Shown here: piece by piece, positions 1-13,225 of the stretch
Layout: each line of letters begins with the position of its first letter
Numbering within the stretch: the stretch's first letter is position 1
Source: Macrostomum lignano
Lineage: Eukaryota
Assembly (NCBI GenBank): GCA_002269645.1
Contig: NIVC01000311.1
Coordinates: 13,202-77,201, forward strand
Direction: 5' to 3'
DNA: 64,000 nucleotides
Notes under the pieces: generated by a model
The model's input: the letters and a program-made list of their open reading frames with translations, nothing else
Told to the model about the DNA's origin: nothing
The model's database searches: none
Made by a program: the position numbers and the translations under genes

Positions 1-716
1 TCTACCCAACCTTCCTGTCTACCTAACCTACCTGTCTACCTAACCTACCTGTCTACCTAACCTACCTGTCTGCCCAACCTTTCTGTCTACCCAACCTTCC
101 TGTCTACCTAACCTACCTGTCTGCCCAACCTACCTGTCTACCCAACCTACCTGTCTACCTAACCTACCTGTCTGCCCAACCTTTCTGTCTACCCAACCTT
201 CCTGTCTACCTAACCTACCTGTCTACCCAACCTCCCTGTCTACCCAACCTTTCTGTCTACCCAACCTTCCTGTCTACCTAACCTACCTGTCTGCCCAACC
301 TACCTGTCTACCCAACCTTCCTGTCTACCTAACCTACCTGTCTGCCCAACCTTTCTGTCTACCCAACCTTCCTGTTTACCTAACCTACCTGTCTGCCCAA
401 CCTACCTGTCTACCCAACCTTCCTGTTTACCTAACCTACCTGTCTGCCCAACCTACCTGTCTACCCAACCTTCCTGTCTACCTAACCTTTCTGTCTACCC
501 AACCTACCTGTATACCCTACCTTCCTGTCTGCCCAACCTGCCTGTCTGTTCAGCTCCCTGTCTACCCAACCTCCCTGTCTACCCAACCTTTCTGTCTGCC
601 CAACCTACCTGTCTAGCCAACCTTCTTGTCTGTCCACCTTCCTGTCTACCCAACCTTCCTGTCTACCCAATCTTCCTGTCTACCCAAACTACCTGTCTGC
701 CCAACCTCCCTGTCTG
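1..716. repeat. Minisatellite, 17-bp unit (TCTACCCAACCTWCCTG), runs off the window start
   Basis: Direct tandem periodicity: tctacccaaccttcctg / tctacctaacctacctg / tctgcccaacctttctg. Confidence 0.95.
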
Positions 717-868
717 AACACTACCAGTCTCTTTGCTCAGCCCTAGCACTGGCTAGATGTAGCTGCAGTTATTATTAATTTTGCTGAATGCCGCCAAAGC
801 CCAGCCAATCGCTGACAACCTGCAGCCCAGCTGGCGGCAGCCGCAGCCGCTGCTCAGACTGAAAGCAA

Positions 869-3432
869 ATGGACTTAGACGTTGGCGGAGAGGACCCGCC
901 GCAGCAGCAGCGGTTCTGGCTGAGCCAGCTGCTCTCTGATTGGCTGACAAGCCTGACCAATCGGTGCGCAGCTGCGGCCAGAGCCGCCGTTCCTGTGGCC
1001 GCCTGGCTGGCGAAGGTGGGCAGCTTCCTCGGCACGGCCCTGCTGCTGGCCAGCGCCATCTACCTGCTCCTGTACTACACTCTCATCGGCGAGGAGGTGG
1101 TGAGCCGCAGACTGTACTTCACATTCGACTCCGCCTGCAAGCTCAAACTGGAGCCCGCTGCTACGGGCCTGCCGAGGATCTCGCCTGCGGATTTCCCGTC
1201 GCCAATGTTTCGCTGGCGCCCAACAGGGACGAGGTCGGCGAACTCGTCTATGGCCAGGTGAGGCTAGACTTCTAGTCTAGTCTAGTCTAATCTAGTCTCT
1301 AGGTGAGATATAGTCTCAAATGAGATATAGTCTCAAGCTAGATATAGTCTCAAGATAAGATATAATCTCAAGTTAGATATAGTCTCAAGCTGGATATAGT
1401 CTCAAGCTAGATATAGTCTCAAGATAAGATATAGTCTCAAGGTGTCAGAGCTCTATGCTAATAAGTAGAAAGTAAAGAGTATGGCGTTAAAAGCTTGCAT
1501 GACAGGCAAAAAAACTGTTGAGGAAGTCTTAGAGGACCCCCCGCTCCCCCGCTCCCAGGCCTACCGGGTCAGCGTGCGGCTGTGGCTGCCGGACAGTCGG
1601 CCCAACCGCCTGGCTGGCATGTTCCTCATCCGGCTGCAGCTCTACTCTCCTGGATTCGAGCCCGGGACCTCAGCGATCCGGCCCGCCCTGCTGCCGCACC
1701 GGCCCTGGGCGGCTCGCCTGTTTGGCGACCTGACCGCCGCGGCCTTCGGCCTCCTGATTGGCTGGGACGCGGAGCCGCGGCAGCTGAGCGTCGACTTGCT
1801 CGATGACTACGTGGAGAACCCCTTCATCAGGTCCAGCGGCCTGCTGGTGGAGCTGCAGAGCCGCCGAGTGCAGGTGGGGAGTCTGAGGACTGACCTTTAA
1901 AACATGCCGTAAATGTTTACTGTCGTAAACTGTCGTAAACCATGAACTGAAATCTCCTTTGTGCCTGGCCGTTCAAGGAAACTCCCTCAGGAGTCATTCC
2001 AAAAAACTCCCTTAAGGTCTTTCCAAGAAACTCCTTTAGTAGCTACCCTCAGGAATCCCCCGTAGCTACCCTCAGGAATCCCCCTTAGTCACCCTCAGGA
2101 ATCCCCCTTAGTCACCCTCAGGAATCCCCCGTAGCTACCCTCAGGAATCCCCTTAGTCACCCTCAGGAATCCCCCTTAGTCACCCTCAGGAATCCCCCTT
2201 AGCTACCCTCAGGTATCCCCGTAGCTACCCTCAGGAATCCCCCTTAGCTACCCTCAGGAATCCCCGTAGCTACCCTCAGGAATCCCCTTAGCTACCCTCA
2301 GGGATCCCCCTTAGCCACCCTCAGGAATCCCCGTAGCTACCCTCAGGAATCCCCCTTAGCTACCCTCAGGAATCCCCCTTAGCCACCCTCAGGAATCCCC
2401 GTAGCTACCCTCAGGAATCCCCCTTAGCTACCCTTAGGAATCCCTTTAGCCACCTTCAGAAATCCCCTTAGCCACCCTCAGGAATCCCCTTAGCCACCTT
2501 CAGGAATCCCCTTAGCCACCCTCAGGAATCCCCCGTAGCTACCCTCAGGAATCCCCCTTAGTCACCCTCAGGAATCCCCCTTAGTCACCCTCAGGAATCC
2601 CCCGTAGCTACCCTCAGGAATCCCCTTAGTCACCCTCAGGAATCCCCCTTAGTCACCCTCAGGAATCCCCCTTAGCTACCCTCAGGTATCCCCGTAGCTA
2701 CCCTCAGGAATCCCCCTTAGCTACCCTCAGGAATCCCCGTAGCTACCCTCAGGAATCCCCCTTAGCTACCCTCAGGGATCCCCCTTAGCCACCCTCAGGA
2801 ATCCCCGTAGCTACCCTCAGGAATCCCCCTTAGCTACCCTCAGGAATCCCCCTTAGCCACCCTCAGGAATCCCCGTAGCTACCCTCAGGAATCCCCCTTA
2901 GCTACCCTTAGGAATCCCTTTAGCCACCTTCAGAAATCCCCTTAGCCACCCTCAGGAATCCCCTTAGCCACCTTCAGGAATCCCCTTAGCCACCCTCAGG
3001 AGTCCCCCTTAGCCACCTTCAGGAATCCCCTTAGCCACCCTCAGGAATCCCCTTACCCAACCAATCACCATCCATCCCGGCCGCACTTCGCAGGTCCAAC
3101 GAGCCGTCGTGGAGTTCCGCGCCCGCCTGTCTGGGCTAAAGTACATGATGTACTCGTACCCGCTCATCTCCGCCTGCCTGGGCATCCCCGCCATCGCCTG
3201 GCTGCTGTTGCTGGTGTCAGCGCCAGTGCTGCTGCGCAGATGGCTGAGCGGAGGCGGCGAGGAGGCCGACGCTGACTGGCTGGATGGCGACGGGGGCGAC
3301 GGCGGGCCGCAGCCGATGCCGCTGCTGGACCCGACGCGGCACGAGGCGGCAGCGGCGTACGGCGGCGGCGGCGGCGGCGGTGGGGAAGCCAGACGGAGAC
3401 GCGCCGACGGCGACGGCGACGGTTGCAACTGA
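869..3432 (+). CDS. BSCL2: Seipin (BSCL2 family); exons 869-1257, 1559-1873, 3094-3432; needs a -1 frame correction between 1139 and 1185
   Basis: TM1 (FLGTALLLASAIYLLLYY), LYFTFDSAC...[72 protein letters not shown] and TM2 align with seipin ([55 protein letters not shown]). GT-AG sites at 1258/1558 and 1874/3093; TGA 3430-3432. Confidence 0.9.
1305..1440. repeat. Short minisatellite, 17-18-bp unit (AGATATAGTCTCAAGCT), in seipin intron 1
   Basis: About 7-8 visible tandem copies. Confidence 0.85.
2038..3056. repeat. Minisatellite, 22-23-bp unit (TAGCTACCCTCAGGAATCCCCCT), in seipin intron 2
   Basis: Direct tandem periodicity over about 1 kb. Confidence 0.95.
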
Positions 3433-3616
3433 TGGAGCTCGATTGAATTCAGACGGGGTTCAAGGACGCATCAGCCATGGAGCTCTGAGTGTCCTTCGTA
3501 TCCATGGATTTTCAAACCAAGCTTCTGGCTTGGAGTTTTTGTAACTATAGAGTATATGATGCCGGGTTGTGACTGGCTTTGAGTCTCAGCGATCATGAAG
3601 TCTCTATGAAAACCAT

Positions 3617-4320
3617 GGAGCTCTAGATTAAGTATCTGGCTCTCAGAGTGTCTGCAGCCATGGAGTTCTAGATTAGGTATCTGGCTCTCAGAGTTTCTGT
3701 AGCCATGGAGTTCTAGATTAGGTATCTGGCTCTCCTACTGTCTGCAGCCATGGAGTTCTAGATTAAGTATCTGGTTCTCCTACTGTCTGCAGCCATGGAG
3801 TTCTAGATAGAGTATCTGGTTCAGAGTTTCCCTAGCCATGGAGTTCTAGATAGAGTATCTGGTTCAGAGTTTTCCTAGCCATGGAGTTCTGGATAGATTA
3901 TCTGGTTCAGAGTTTCCCTAGCCATGGAGTTCTAGATAGAGTATCTGGTTCAGAGTTTTCCTAGCCATGGAGTTCTGGATAGATTATCTGGTTCAGAGTT
4001 TCCCTAGCCATGGAGTTCTAGATAGATTATCTGGTTCAGAGTTTCCCTAGCCATGGAGTTCTAGATAGAGTATCTGGTTCAGAGTTTTCCTAGCCATGGA
4101 GTTCTGGATAGATTATCTGGTTCAGAGTTTCCCTAGCCATGGAGTTCTAGATAGAGTATCTGGTTCAGAGTTTCCCTAGCCATGGAGTTCTAGATAGAGT
4201 ATCTGGTTCAGAGTTTTCCTAGCCATGGAGTTCTGGATAGATTATCTGGTTCAGAGTTTCCCTAGCCATGGAGTTCTAGATAGATTATCTGGTTCAGAGT
4301 TTCCCTAGCCATGGAGTTCT
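3617..4320. repeat. Minisatellite, 43-44-bp unit (AGCCATGGAGTTCTAGATAGAGTATCTGGTTCAGAGTTTCCCT), 3' of seipin
   Basis: Direct tandem periodicity. Confidence 0.95.
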
Positions 4321-4959
4321 GGCACTGGGAAACTACTCTGACAGACTTTTTCTCTCATTCCTCTTGCATTTTGGCGCTGCATGTCGAGAACAAACTACTG
4401 CACACTTATTTGCTTTGCGTGTTCTGGTAGAACTTGTTTTGTTATAACTGCATTATTTTTTTGCGGTAAAACTTGGCTTGGATCTAATCTGGTTTATGTG
4501 AAATATTGCACCCCTATCTATTTCAATTCTCAAGCACCAATTATTGTCACTGTTATGTACTTTTAAGCTTAACGCTTCCAGTTCAAGCTTAGGAATCAAG
4601 ATTTCTGCACAGGCATCAGGGTATGCTAAGCCCTTTTAATTTGGTTCTTAGTAGAAGCTATTTTTCATTTCATGACCGAGAAACTCAACAAGTTGAAAAA
4701 TTGTTCTATTTATTGTTCTAAATAAAACAATTTATTTTTGTATAATTGCCATTTATCCAATTTTGCTTTCTTGGCTCTCGATATACTGCTTGTTCCTGGA
4801 ATGAAAAATTCCCTCAGTGTGACCATACTGACCTTTGAACAAAATCCAAACCACCTGACTGCAGTCGCCTCAGATAACCCCACCTTAATGACCTTAGAAA
4901 ATGATATTAAACCCGTGACCCCTCTGACTTTACTCAAGGACCTTGAACCTCACTGACCT

Positions 4960-5655
4960 TAGAAATGACCTTAGAAAATGACCTTTCACCACCTGTCCTT
5001 AGAAAATGACCTTTCACCACCTAGCATTAGACAATGACATTCAACTTCACTGACCTTAGAACATGATCTTACACCGCCTGACCTTCAGAAAATGATCTTG
5101 AACTTCACTGACCTTAGACAATGACCTTGAACCCCAATGACCTTGAACCAATGACCTTGAACCCCAATGACCTTAGACAATGACCTTGAACCTCACTGAC
5201 CTTAGACAATGACCTTAACCTCACTGACCCTAGACAATGACCTTGAACCCCAATGATCTTAGACAATGACCTTGAACCCCAATGACCTTAGACAATGACC
5301 TTGAACCCCAATGACTTTAGACAATGACCTTGAACCCCAATGACCTTAGACAATGACCTTGAACCTCACTGACCTTAGACAATGACCTTGAACCCCAATG
5401 ACCTTAGACAATGACCTTGAACCCCAATGACCTTAGACAATGGCCTTAAACCTCACTGACCTTAGACAATGACCTTAAACCTCACTGACCTTAGACAATG
5501 ACCTTGAACCCCAATGACTTTAGACAATGACCTTGAACCCCAATGACCTTAGACAATGACCTTGAACCCCAATGACTTTAGACAATGACCTTGAACCCCA
5601 ATGACCTTAGACAATGACCTTAAACCTCACTGACCTTAGACAATGACCTTGAACC
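4960..5655. repeat. Minisatellite, 29-bp composite unit (AATGACCTTGAACCCC + AATGACCTTAGAC), abutting the HINFP start
   Basis: Direct tandem periodicity with 16+13 substructure. Confidence 0.93.
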
Positions 5656-5691
5656 CACATGCCGCTAACATCCGCAGCTCTGCAGCTCTCC

Positions 5692-7715
5692 ATGCCGTAC
5701 CCAGACGAGCAGATCCTGCGGTGCGAGTGGGCTGACTGCCAGCACTTGGTCCGCTGCTTCCCCGGCAAGCGGTGGGAGGACCAGCGCCTGGAGTTCAGCA
5801 AGCACTGCGAGCGCCACGCAGTCGAGGCGGTGCGCGTCCTGGCCGTCGAGTTCGGCGGGATCAGCGCCGCGGCCGAGCTGCAGTGCCAGTGGCGCAACTG
5901 CGACGCCAGGCTGGAGATCTGCGAGCAGGAGCTGCAACAGAACCCGAACCGCCTGCTCGAACTGGCCGCCTGTCACGTGACCCAGCACGCGCATCACGTG
6001 ATCGTGAAGCAGCTGGGCCGGAAGTTGATCGCGTCCAAGGGCTGGCCAGAGTGCTTGCTGAACTCCGCCTTCTGCAACAGCCTCGCTGACCAGGTGGGTT
6101 ATCCGGCTGAGCAGTCCCGAGTTCGATTCCTCACTAATTTGGCATTCTAGAACAGAATGAACTGCCTTCAATGTTAAAATTCCGTTTATCATAATGCTCA
6201 CTGGCTTTTAGCCCTAATGTCTCTGCACAATTGGCTTTAACTAATAATTGCCTCTGAACGTCCACAGAATATGCCCGAAACACCCCACATAATGAGCCCT
6301 AATAACCCCACAGAATCAGCCCGAATCACCCCACATAATGAGTCATAATAACCCCCACACAATGAGTCATAATAACCCCCCACACATTGAGCCATAATAA
6401 CCCACACAATGAGCCATAAAAAACCCCCACAAAATGAGTCATAATAACCCCCCACACAATGAGTCATAATAACCCCCCACACAATGAGTCATAATAATCC
6501 CACACAATGAGCCACAATAACACCACACAATGAGCCCTAATAACCCCACACAATGAGCCATTATAACCCCACACAATGAGTCATAATAACCCCACACATT
6601 GAGCCCTAATAACCCCACACATTGAGCCCTAATAACCCCACACAATGAGCCCTAATAACCCCACACAATGAGCCCTAATAACCCCACACAATGAGCCCTA
6701 ATAACCCCACACATTGAGCCATAATAAGTCCCAATGACACTACTGCTGTGAACACTACCAGTAGTATCAATCAAACACCTGAACTCCACTGCCCCAGTCG
6801 CCCGAGCCGGCGCCGCTCCGCTGCCAGTGGGACTCGTGCGAATATTTCACCTGCAACACCTGCGCCTTCTACCTGCATTGCTCCAATCACCGATTCGAGT
6901 ACGAGCGCCCGCCGCCTCAGCAGAAGTTCAGGCAGTACAGGCAGCGCGAGCACCGCGGCATCCGGGACATGCCCTGTCTGTGGCGCGGCTGCGACCACGT
7001 CTGCCGCTCCATCAGCAACCTCACCGAGCACATCCGCTGCCACTCCAAGGAGAAGCCGACCGCCTGCCCGACCTGTGGCCAGAAATTCTTTAATAATTCA
7101 AAACTGCAGAACCACCTGCTGAGGCAGGAGACGCCTAATCCCGTTCACAAGTGAGATTGGGGTTCCATGTTATCCCAGTGTGATCCAATCCCAGTGTGAT
7201 CCCATCCCATCCCAGTGTGATCCTATCTAATCCCAGTGTGATCACATCCAATCCCAGTGTGATCCCATCCCATCCCAGTGTGATCCCATCCAATCCCAGT
7301 GTGATCCCATCCCATCCCAGTGTGATCCCATCCAATCCCAGTGTGATCCCATCCCATCCCAGTGTGATCCCATCCAATATACCAGTGTGATTCCATTCAA
7401 TCCCAAAATGATCCTATCCAGTCTCATGATTATTCTATCAAATCCTCACTCGCCGTGATCCCCGACCCGCGTGCGCAGGTGCGACCAGTGCCACAAGTTG
7501 TTCAGCTCGCAGCGCATCCTCAGCGATCACATGCGCCGCCACGTGAACACGCAGAAGTGCCCCCACTGCGAGTTCACCCTGCCGACGCCCAGCGCTTTGC
7601 GGCGGCACCTGCAGATGAGGCACAGCGAAGAGAGACCGTTTGTGTGCACCGAGCCCGGCTGCGGGCACAGCTGCAAGACGGAGGACCAGCTCAAGGTGCT
7701 CAGCCCAAACTTGTG

Positions 7716-7771
<56 letters not shown>

Positions 7772-8615
7772 GGCAGACAGACAGGCAGACAGGCAGGCAG
7801 ACAGGCAGGCAAGCAGGCAGACAGACAGGCAGACAGACAGACAGACAGCTTATTCGTACATATCGGCAGCCACTATAGCCAGGCCACTCCCCCCAACCGT
7901 CCTGCAGGTGCACTCCCGACGGCACGATCGGTCGCTGCGCTGCGACATCTGCGACCAGCACTTCGTGACCACCCACTTCCTGTACCGCCACCTGTCCAAG
8001 GCGCACGGCTTCGACCAGCTGTCGCAGTCAGCCGAGCGGGTGTACGCCTGCCACCTGTGCCACCTGGTCACCAAGGACTCGCGCTGCCTGTCCCGCCACC
8101 TCATGCGGCGGCACCATCTGAGTCGGCCAGCCGGGTTCTCCAAGTTTAGATTCGAACCCGGGACCGACGGCGTCTGCCGGCTGGTGCAGACCCGGCTGGA
8201 GAGCATCGAGGTCACAAAGGAGGTGCTCGGCAACGAGCTGGTTGAGCACCAGCTCAGCCTGCAACGGCAACAGCAGCAGCAGCAGCAGGAGCAGCAACAG
8301 GAAGAGCAGCAGGAGCAGCAGGTACGGCAGCAGCGCCAGCAGCAGCAGCGGCAGCACCACCTGCAGCGGCATCCCTGGGACTGCAAGGACGCCGCCGCTC
8401 ACCTGCAGCTGCCGCTGGTCCTGGGACCGCACGAGGACGACTTCCGGTTGGAGCGCCAGCAAGAGCAGGAAATGCTGCTACTAGAAGAGCCCGGCTACCA
8501 GCAACAGCAGCTGCAGGCCGCCGAGGACGAGTTCCTGCCGCTGCTCAGCGTGGTGACGCCCAAAGCCGGACCATCCGATGAGCAGTGCCTGTCTCTGGAT
8601 ATCGGGGGGCTGTGA
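5692..8615 (+). CDS. HINFP: Histone H4 transcription factor (HINFP/MIZF), multi-C2H2 zinc finger; exons 5692-6093, 6798-7150, 7479-7695, 7908-8615 (alternative ATG 5659)
   Basis: LRCEWADC; CLWRGC..LTEHIRCHSKEKPTACPTCGQKFFNNSKLQNHLLRQ; CDQCHKLFSSQRILSDHMRRHVNTQKCPHC..RHSEERPF; and C-terminal RFEPGTDGVCRLVQTRLESIEVT match human HINFP ([64 protein letters not shown]). All introns are GT-AG with consistent phase. Confidence 0.93.
6280..6725. repeat. Minisatellite, about 23-bp unit (CCCCACACAATGAGCCCTAATAA), HINFP intron 1
   Basis: Direct tandem periodicity. Confidence 0.92.
7158..7400. repeat. Minisatellite, 21-bp unit (CCCAGTGTGATCCCATCCAAT), HINFP intron 2
   Basis: Direct tandem periodicity. 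Confidence 0.92.
7716..7848. repeat. (GACA/GGCA)n microsatellite, HINFP intron 3
   Basis: Direct tetranucleotide repeat. Confidence 0.95.
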
Positions 8616-8654
8616 CTGTGGCATCTGTGCTGCGGTTCGGTGAGATCTAAAAAA

Positions 8655-9177
8655 TTAGATGAGATCTCATGAAAATTTGATGGGATCTCAGGAAGATTTG
8701 ATGGGATCTCATAGGGAATAGATGGGATCTCATAGGGAATAGATGGGATCTCATAGGGAATAGATGGGATCTCATAGGGAATAGATGGGATCTCATAGGG
8801 AATAGATAGGATCTCATTGGGAATAAATGGAATCTCATAGGGAATAGATGGGATCTCATAGGGAATAGATGGGATCTCATAGGGAATAGATGGGATCTCA
8901 TAGGGAATAGATGGGATCTCATAGGGAATAGATAGGATCTCATTGGGAGTAAATGGAATCTCATAGGGAATAGATGGAATCTCATAGGGAATAGATTAGA
9001 TCTCATAGGGAATAGATGGGATCTCATAGGGAATAGATGGGATCTCATAGGGAATAGAGGGGATCTCATAGGGAATAGATAGGATCTCATAGGGAATAGA
9101 GGGGATCTCATAGGGAATAGATGGGATCTCATAGGGAATAGATAGGATCTCATAGGGAGTAGATGGGATCTCATAGG
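8655..9177. repeat. Minisatellite, 21-bp unit (ATAGGGAATAGATGGGATCTC), just 3' of the HINFP stop
   Basis: Direct tandem periodicity. Confidence 0.95.
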
Positions 9178-9867
9178 AATATCTGGTTCTGTAGAATCGA
9201 TTTGATATCTCAGGAATTCGATGAGTTCTGTTGTACATGTATTTGATGGAGGGCCATACTTGTGTGTGCTTTATACTTTATGTAATTATGCTCTTATAAC
9301 TCCCAGTTTTACTATGTAAAGTTTCACATCTGCATCTGGGGCTGCTCTGATCATGTTTACAGAAACACTCAGTGGCTCAGTCTTTATGTTGCTGCTGCTG
9401 TTTTGCAACTCTTCAGGCATTGCTACACTGCAATAATTCTCTGTTACAAAAAATTGTGTTTAGCATGCTGCGAGCGTTACACTTATCCGCACATAAACTA
9501 GCAGCTTTGCTAATTAATTAATTTCATTTGTTTATGTGGCAATCTTTGTGTTAAAATATGCGTTTGTTCATCTGTACATCCGCTAGTTTAGTTTAATAAT
9601 AATAATAACTATTTATCTATTTATTTCTAATACCGGAAAATAACAATAATAAGCAAGACATTTTTCGACAGACTACTTATTTTTAAAAATGTTTAAGGTG
9701 ATGCAGTATTTAGTTTTTTTCTATTAACAAAAAATCGTAGAATTAATTATTCTAGACAATGTGCCTCTACCTACTGACATTCCAGCCTAGTAGTGCAGTA
9801 AGAACGGGAGCTGTAAAAAGTTAAATAACTTTGCCAATCGAAGCTCCTAAAAAAACTTGGATATTCC

Positions 9868-12437
9868 ATGAGTCACGTGACGGCAGCCGGAGGGGTTGGC
9901 GGCGCCAGTGCCAGCCAATCAGAAGAGGCCGTCCTGTCCAGCGTTCGCTCGGCAGTGATTTACGCCGATTCTGGCGCCGCCGATTGGATCAACTGGCGCC
10001 GGCTACTGCCGCGCCTAATCGAGCACGGCGCGCTGGCTGTGCGCGAATTCCAGCCGGCTGAGAAACTGCAGCAGCAGCCAGCGGCCGCGGCCGTCAGGAA
10101 GGCCGTCTTCTTGCTGGCCGGCCGGCCGGACAGCCGGGTTGCCATGGAGACCCTGGCCGAGCTGGTGTCCGACACCGGACTCAATTATGTGATTCTCCTC
10201 ACCGGAGCCTGTCCGGAGACCGCCGTGCTCATGGATGTCGAAGAGCACCTGGCCGGCTGGCTGGGGCACGGGGCCACCGCCCAGGTGAGGCCGCTGAAAA
10301 CTTATTGAAAGTTTCTTACACTATAGGCTCGTATACACTATGTTATATTTTTATTATGCATCTTGTAAGACATGCCAGTGTCTTTCAGACTACAAAAATA
10401 TTCGGTGGCCCACGATTTCTAAGAATCCGAATCCCACAAACCGTTTGCTCCTCTCAGGTTCGCTTCGTCCCTCTGGGTCACGTGACCCTGATCCGGCCGC
10501 CTGAGGACCACCGCTTGCCCGAATTCGTAGTCCTCGGCGGCGGCGGCGATGACGTCACCGACCCGGATGATGATGACGTCATCAGCGAGCCGATTGGCCA
10601 CCTGGCTGGCCGGCTGCACAGCCTGCTGGCCGAGCTGTCGCTCAAGGAGGACATCCTCTGCCTCGGGCCGGCCGCCTCCCGTCTCGGCGACGCCCTGGCA
10701 GCCCTCGGGCCCGCAAAGGAGCGGCGCCGGCTGCCCAACCACCGGCGGGCGACTGTCGTGCTGGTGGATCGCGCGCTGGACCTGGTCGGGCCGCTCAGCT
10801 TTCTGGCGGACTCCTGGCTGGACACGCTGTGCAGATCTGGCCGCCCGCTGCTGGTCAGCGATGTGCACCTGGACCTCACCGCCTTCACCAGGTGCGCCGG
10901 CTGGAACTCCAGTGGGACTGAGTTGGGACTGGGGTGTTGCTGAGTTGGGACTGAGATGTGGCTGAGTTGGAGTTGGGACTGAGATGTGGCTGAGTTGGAA
11001 TTGGGACTGAGATGTGGCTGAGTTGGAACTAGGGTGTGGCTGAGTTGGAACTGAGGTGTGGCTGAGTTGGGACTGAGGTGTGGCTGAGTTGGGACTGAGG
11101 TGTGGCTGAGTTGGGACTGAGGTGTGGCTGAGTTGTGACTGAGGTGTGGCTGAGTTGGAGTTGGGACTGAGATGTGGCTGAGTTGGAACTAGGGTGTGGC
11201 TGAGTTGGAACTGAGGTGTGGCTGAGTTGGGACGGAGATGTGGCTGAGTTGGGACTGAGGTGTGGCTGAGTTGGGACTGAGGTGTGACTGAGTTGGGACT
11301 GAGGTGTGGCTGAGTTGGGACTGAGGTGTGACTGAGTTGGGACTGAGGTGTGACTGAGTTGGGACTGAGGTGTGACTGAGTTGGGACTGAGGTTTGGCTG
11401 AGTTGGGACTGGGGTGTGGCTGAATGACCCCTTCCAGCAGCTCAACAGCCAGTTTTCCTCTACCTGCTGCCACTGGCAGATCCCGCAGCGCCGCTCACCT
11501 GCCCATCGGCTGCCTGTCCGGCTGTCTGGACAGCCCCCTCGGCCGGCGCCTGGCCGGCGGAGACGCCAAGCTGGCCGCAGGGAAGGCGGCCGCCGCGGCA
11601 GCCCAGCGGGCCCTGGCCGACGCCATGACGGCCGAGCGGGTGGCCTTCGACCCGGCGCTGCTCGTCGCCTCAACCTCGGCGGCCGGCAGCCCAGCGGGCA
11701 GCCTCGGCCTCCTGCTGGACCGGCTGGCCTCTGAGCGGCCGGGCCTGGCCTTCTCCAGCCGGCACTCCGGCACCGTCCAGCTGGCCGTGGCGGTGGCGCA
11801 GTCCCTGGCGGCCGCGGCCAGCGAGCGTCGGCAGCTTCAACAGCAGCTGGCAGCCGCCGTCCGCATCGAAAAGTCGATGCTGGGCGCCGCTGGCAGCCCG
11901 CCGGACGAGCTCGCCGAGGTCCGAGCGGCAGCTGCCGCTGAAGCTCAAGCGGCCGGGCTGCCTGCCGACGCCCTGCTGGCGCTGAAGGTCATTGGTTCGA
12001 GCCTGCTGCCCGCGCCCAAAGCTGATGTTGACGCTGAAAGCGAGGAGACGGCGGCCATCCTCGGCCGGCTGTCCCGCGTCCGGGCCGGCCAGCCTCGCCT
12101 GCGGCTGGTGGACAACTCGGTGGTGCCCACCTACGCGCCTCTCGTTGCTCAGCTGGGCGCCGAGATCGTTGGCGCCGCTGGGGCGCGGGCGCCGGCGCCT
12201 CAGTCGGCACCATCGCTGCAGCTGGAGCACAAGTCCACCGGGATGGCCGGCCTGTTCGGCTACCTGGGGGTGTCCGGCAAGCCGAAGCTGGCCGAGTCCG
12301 AGCTGGTGCTGGTCTGCGTGATCGGCGGCGCCACCTGGGCGGAGCACCGGGCGCTGCGGGAGCGGCTCCGCCAGCTGCAGCCGGGCCGGTCGGTGGCGCT
12401 GGTGACGGACCGCCTGCTGCGCGCCGCGACCAGCTGA
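9868..12437 (+). CDS. SCFD2: Sec1 family domain-containing protein 2; exons 9868-10284, 10458-10891, 11438(or 11441)-12437
   Basis: N-terminal VLSSVRSAVIYADSGAADWINW...VREF...KAVFLL matches SCFD2 (VLAKVKRAVVYLDAACAESLHW..LREF..KAVFVL). Sec1 motif VLVDRALDLVGPL is present. C-terminal VCVIGGATWAE..LQPGRSVALVTDRLL matches FVVGGVTVSE..LKPGTQVIVLSTRLL. GT-AG introns are in phase. Confidence 0.88.
10912..11421. repeat. Minisatellite, 22-bp unit (GAGTTGGGACTGAGGTGTGGCT), filling SCFD2 intron 2
   Basis: Direct tandem periodicity. Confidence 0.95.
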
Positions 12438-12605
12438 TCGGGGCGCTACGGCTCGGCGAGCTGTGCTAGCCTGGCTGTTGTTTCCATGGCAACCGTATTG
12501 TCTAGTCTTGGCGACACAATGTTCTGTTTTCCCGTGCCACTGCTTGTACTGAATCCAAATAATCGCCCCAGACACTACAGGCTCTCATAAGAACTTGAAG
12601 ACAAT

Positions 12606-12920
12606 CGCAGAAGAATCGCCCCAGACCCAACTGCCAGGAATCGCCATAGACCCAGCTGTCAGAAATCGCCCCAGACCCAACTGTCAAGAATCGCCCCAGA
12701 CCCAGCTGTCAGAATCGCCCCAGACCAGCTGTCAGGAATCGCCCCAGACCAGCTGTCAGGAATCGCCCCAGACCAGCTGTCAGGAATCGCCCCAGACCAG
12801 CTGTTAGGAATCGCCCCAGACCAGCTGTCAAGAATCGCCCCAGACCCAGTTGTCAAAAATCGCCCCAGAACCAGCTGTCAGAAATCGCCCCAGACCAGCT
12901 GTTAGGAATCGCCCCAGACC
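12606..12920. repeat. Minisatellite, about 24-bp unit (AGGAATCGCCCCAGACCAGCTGTC), between the convergent SCFD2 and GTPBP6 3' ends
   Basis: Direct tandem periodicity. Confidence 0.92.
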
Positions 12921-13225
12921 TCCCACAAACTATGAAGATTTTCGCTTGAAATCTGTTTTCATGATTGCCCGCTGTTAATCCAGAGTATTCAGTGAAGCTG
13001 TGAATTCTGGTCTTTGAAATGAACTTTCACGTATAGAATAAATAAACTCGTATTTGCCTCTTCATACGAGGTGCGGATTTAATTTCCGATGCAAATTGGC
13101 TTTCAATGAAACGAACTCAGCTTTTGTCTCGGTTTATTTTATTCAAGTCATATCCTGTACAAAAGGCGGACACGAAACACGCAAAGCACATGAAATGCTT
13201 CTCGAGCACCCGAAAGGCACCCAGG

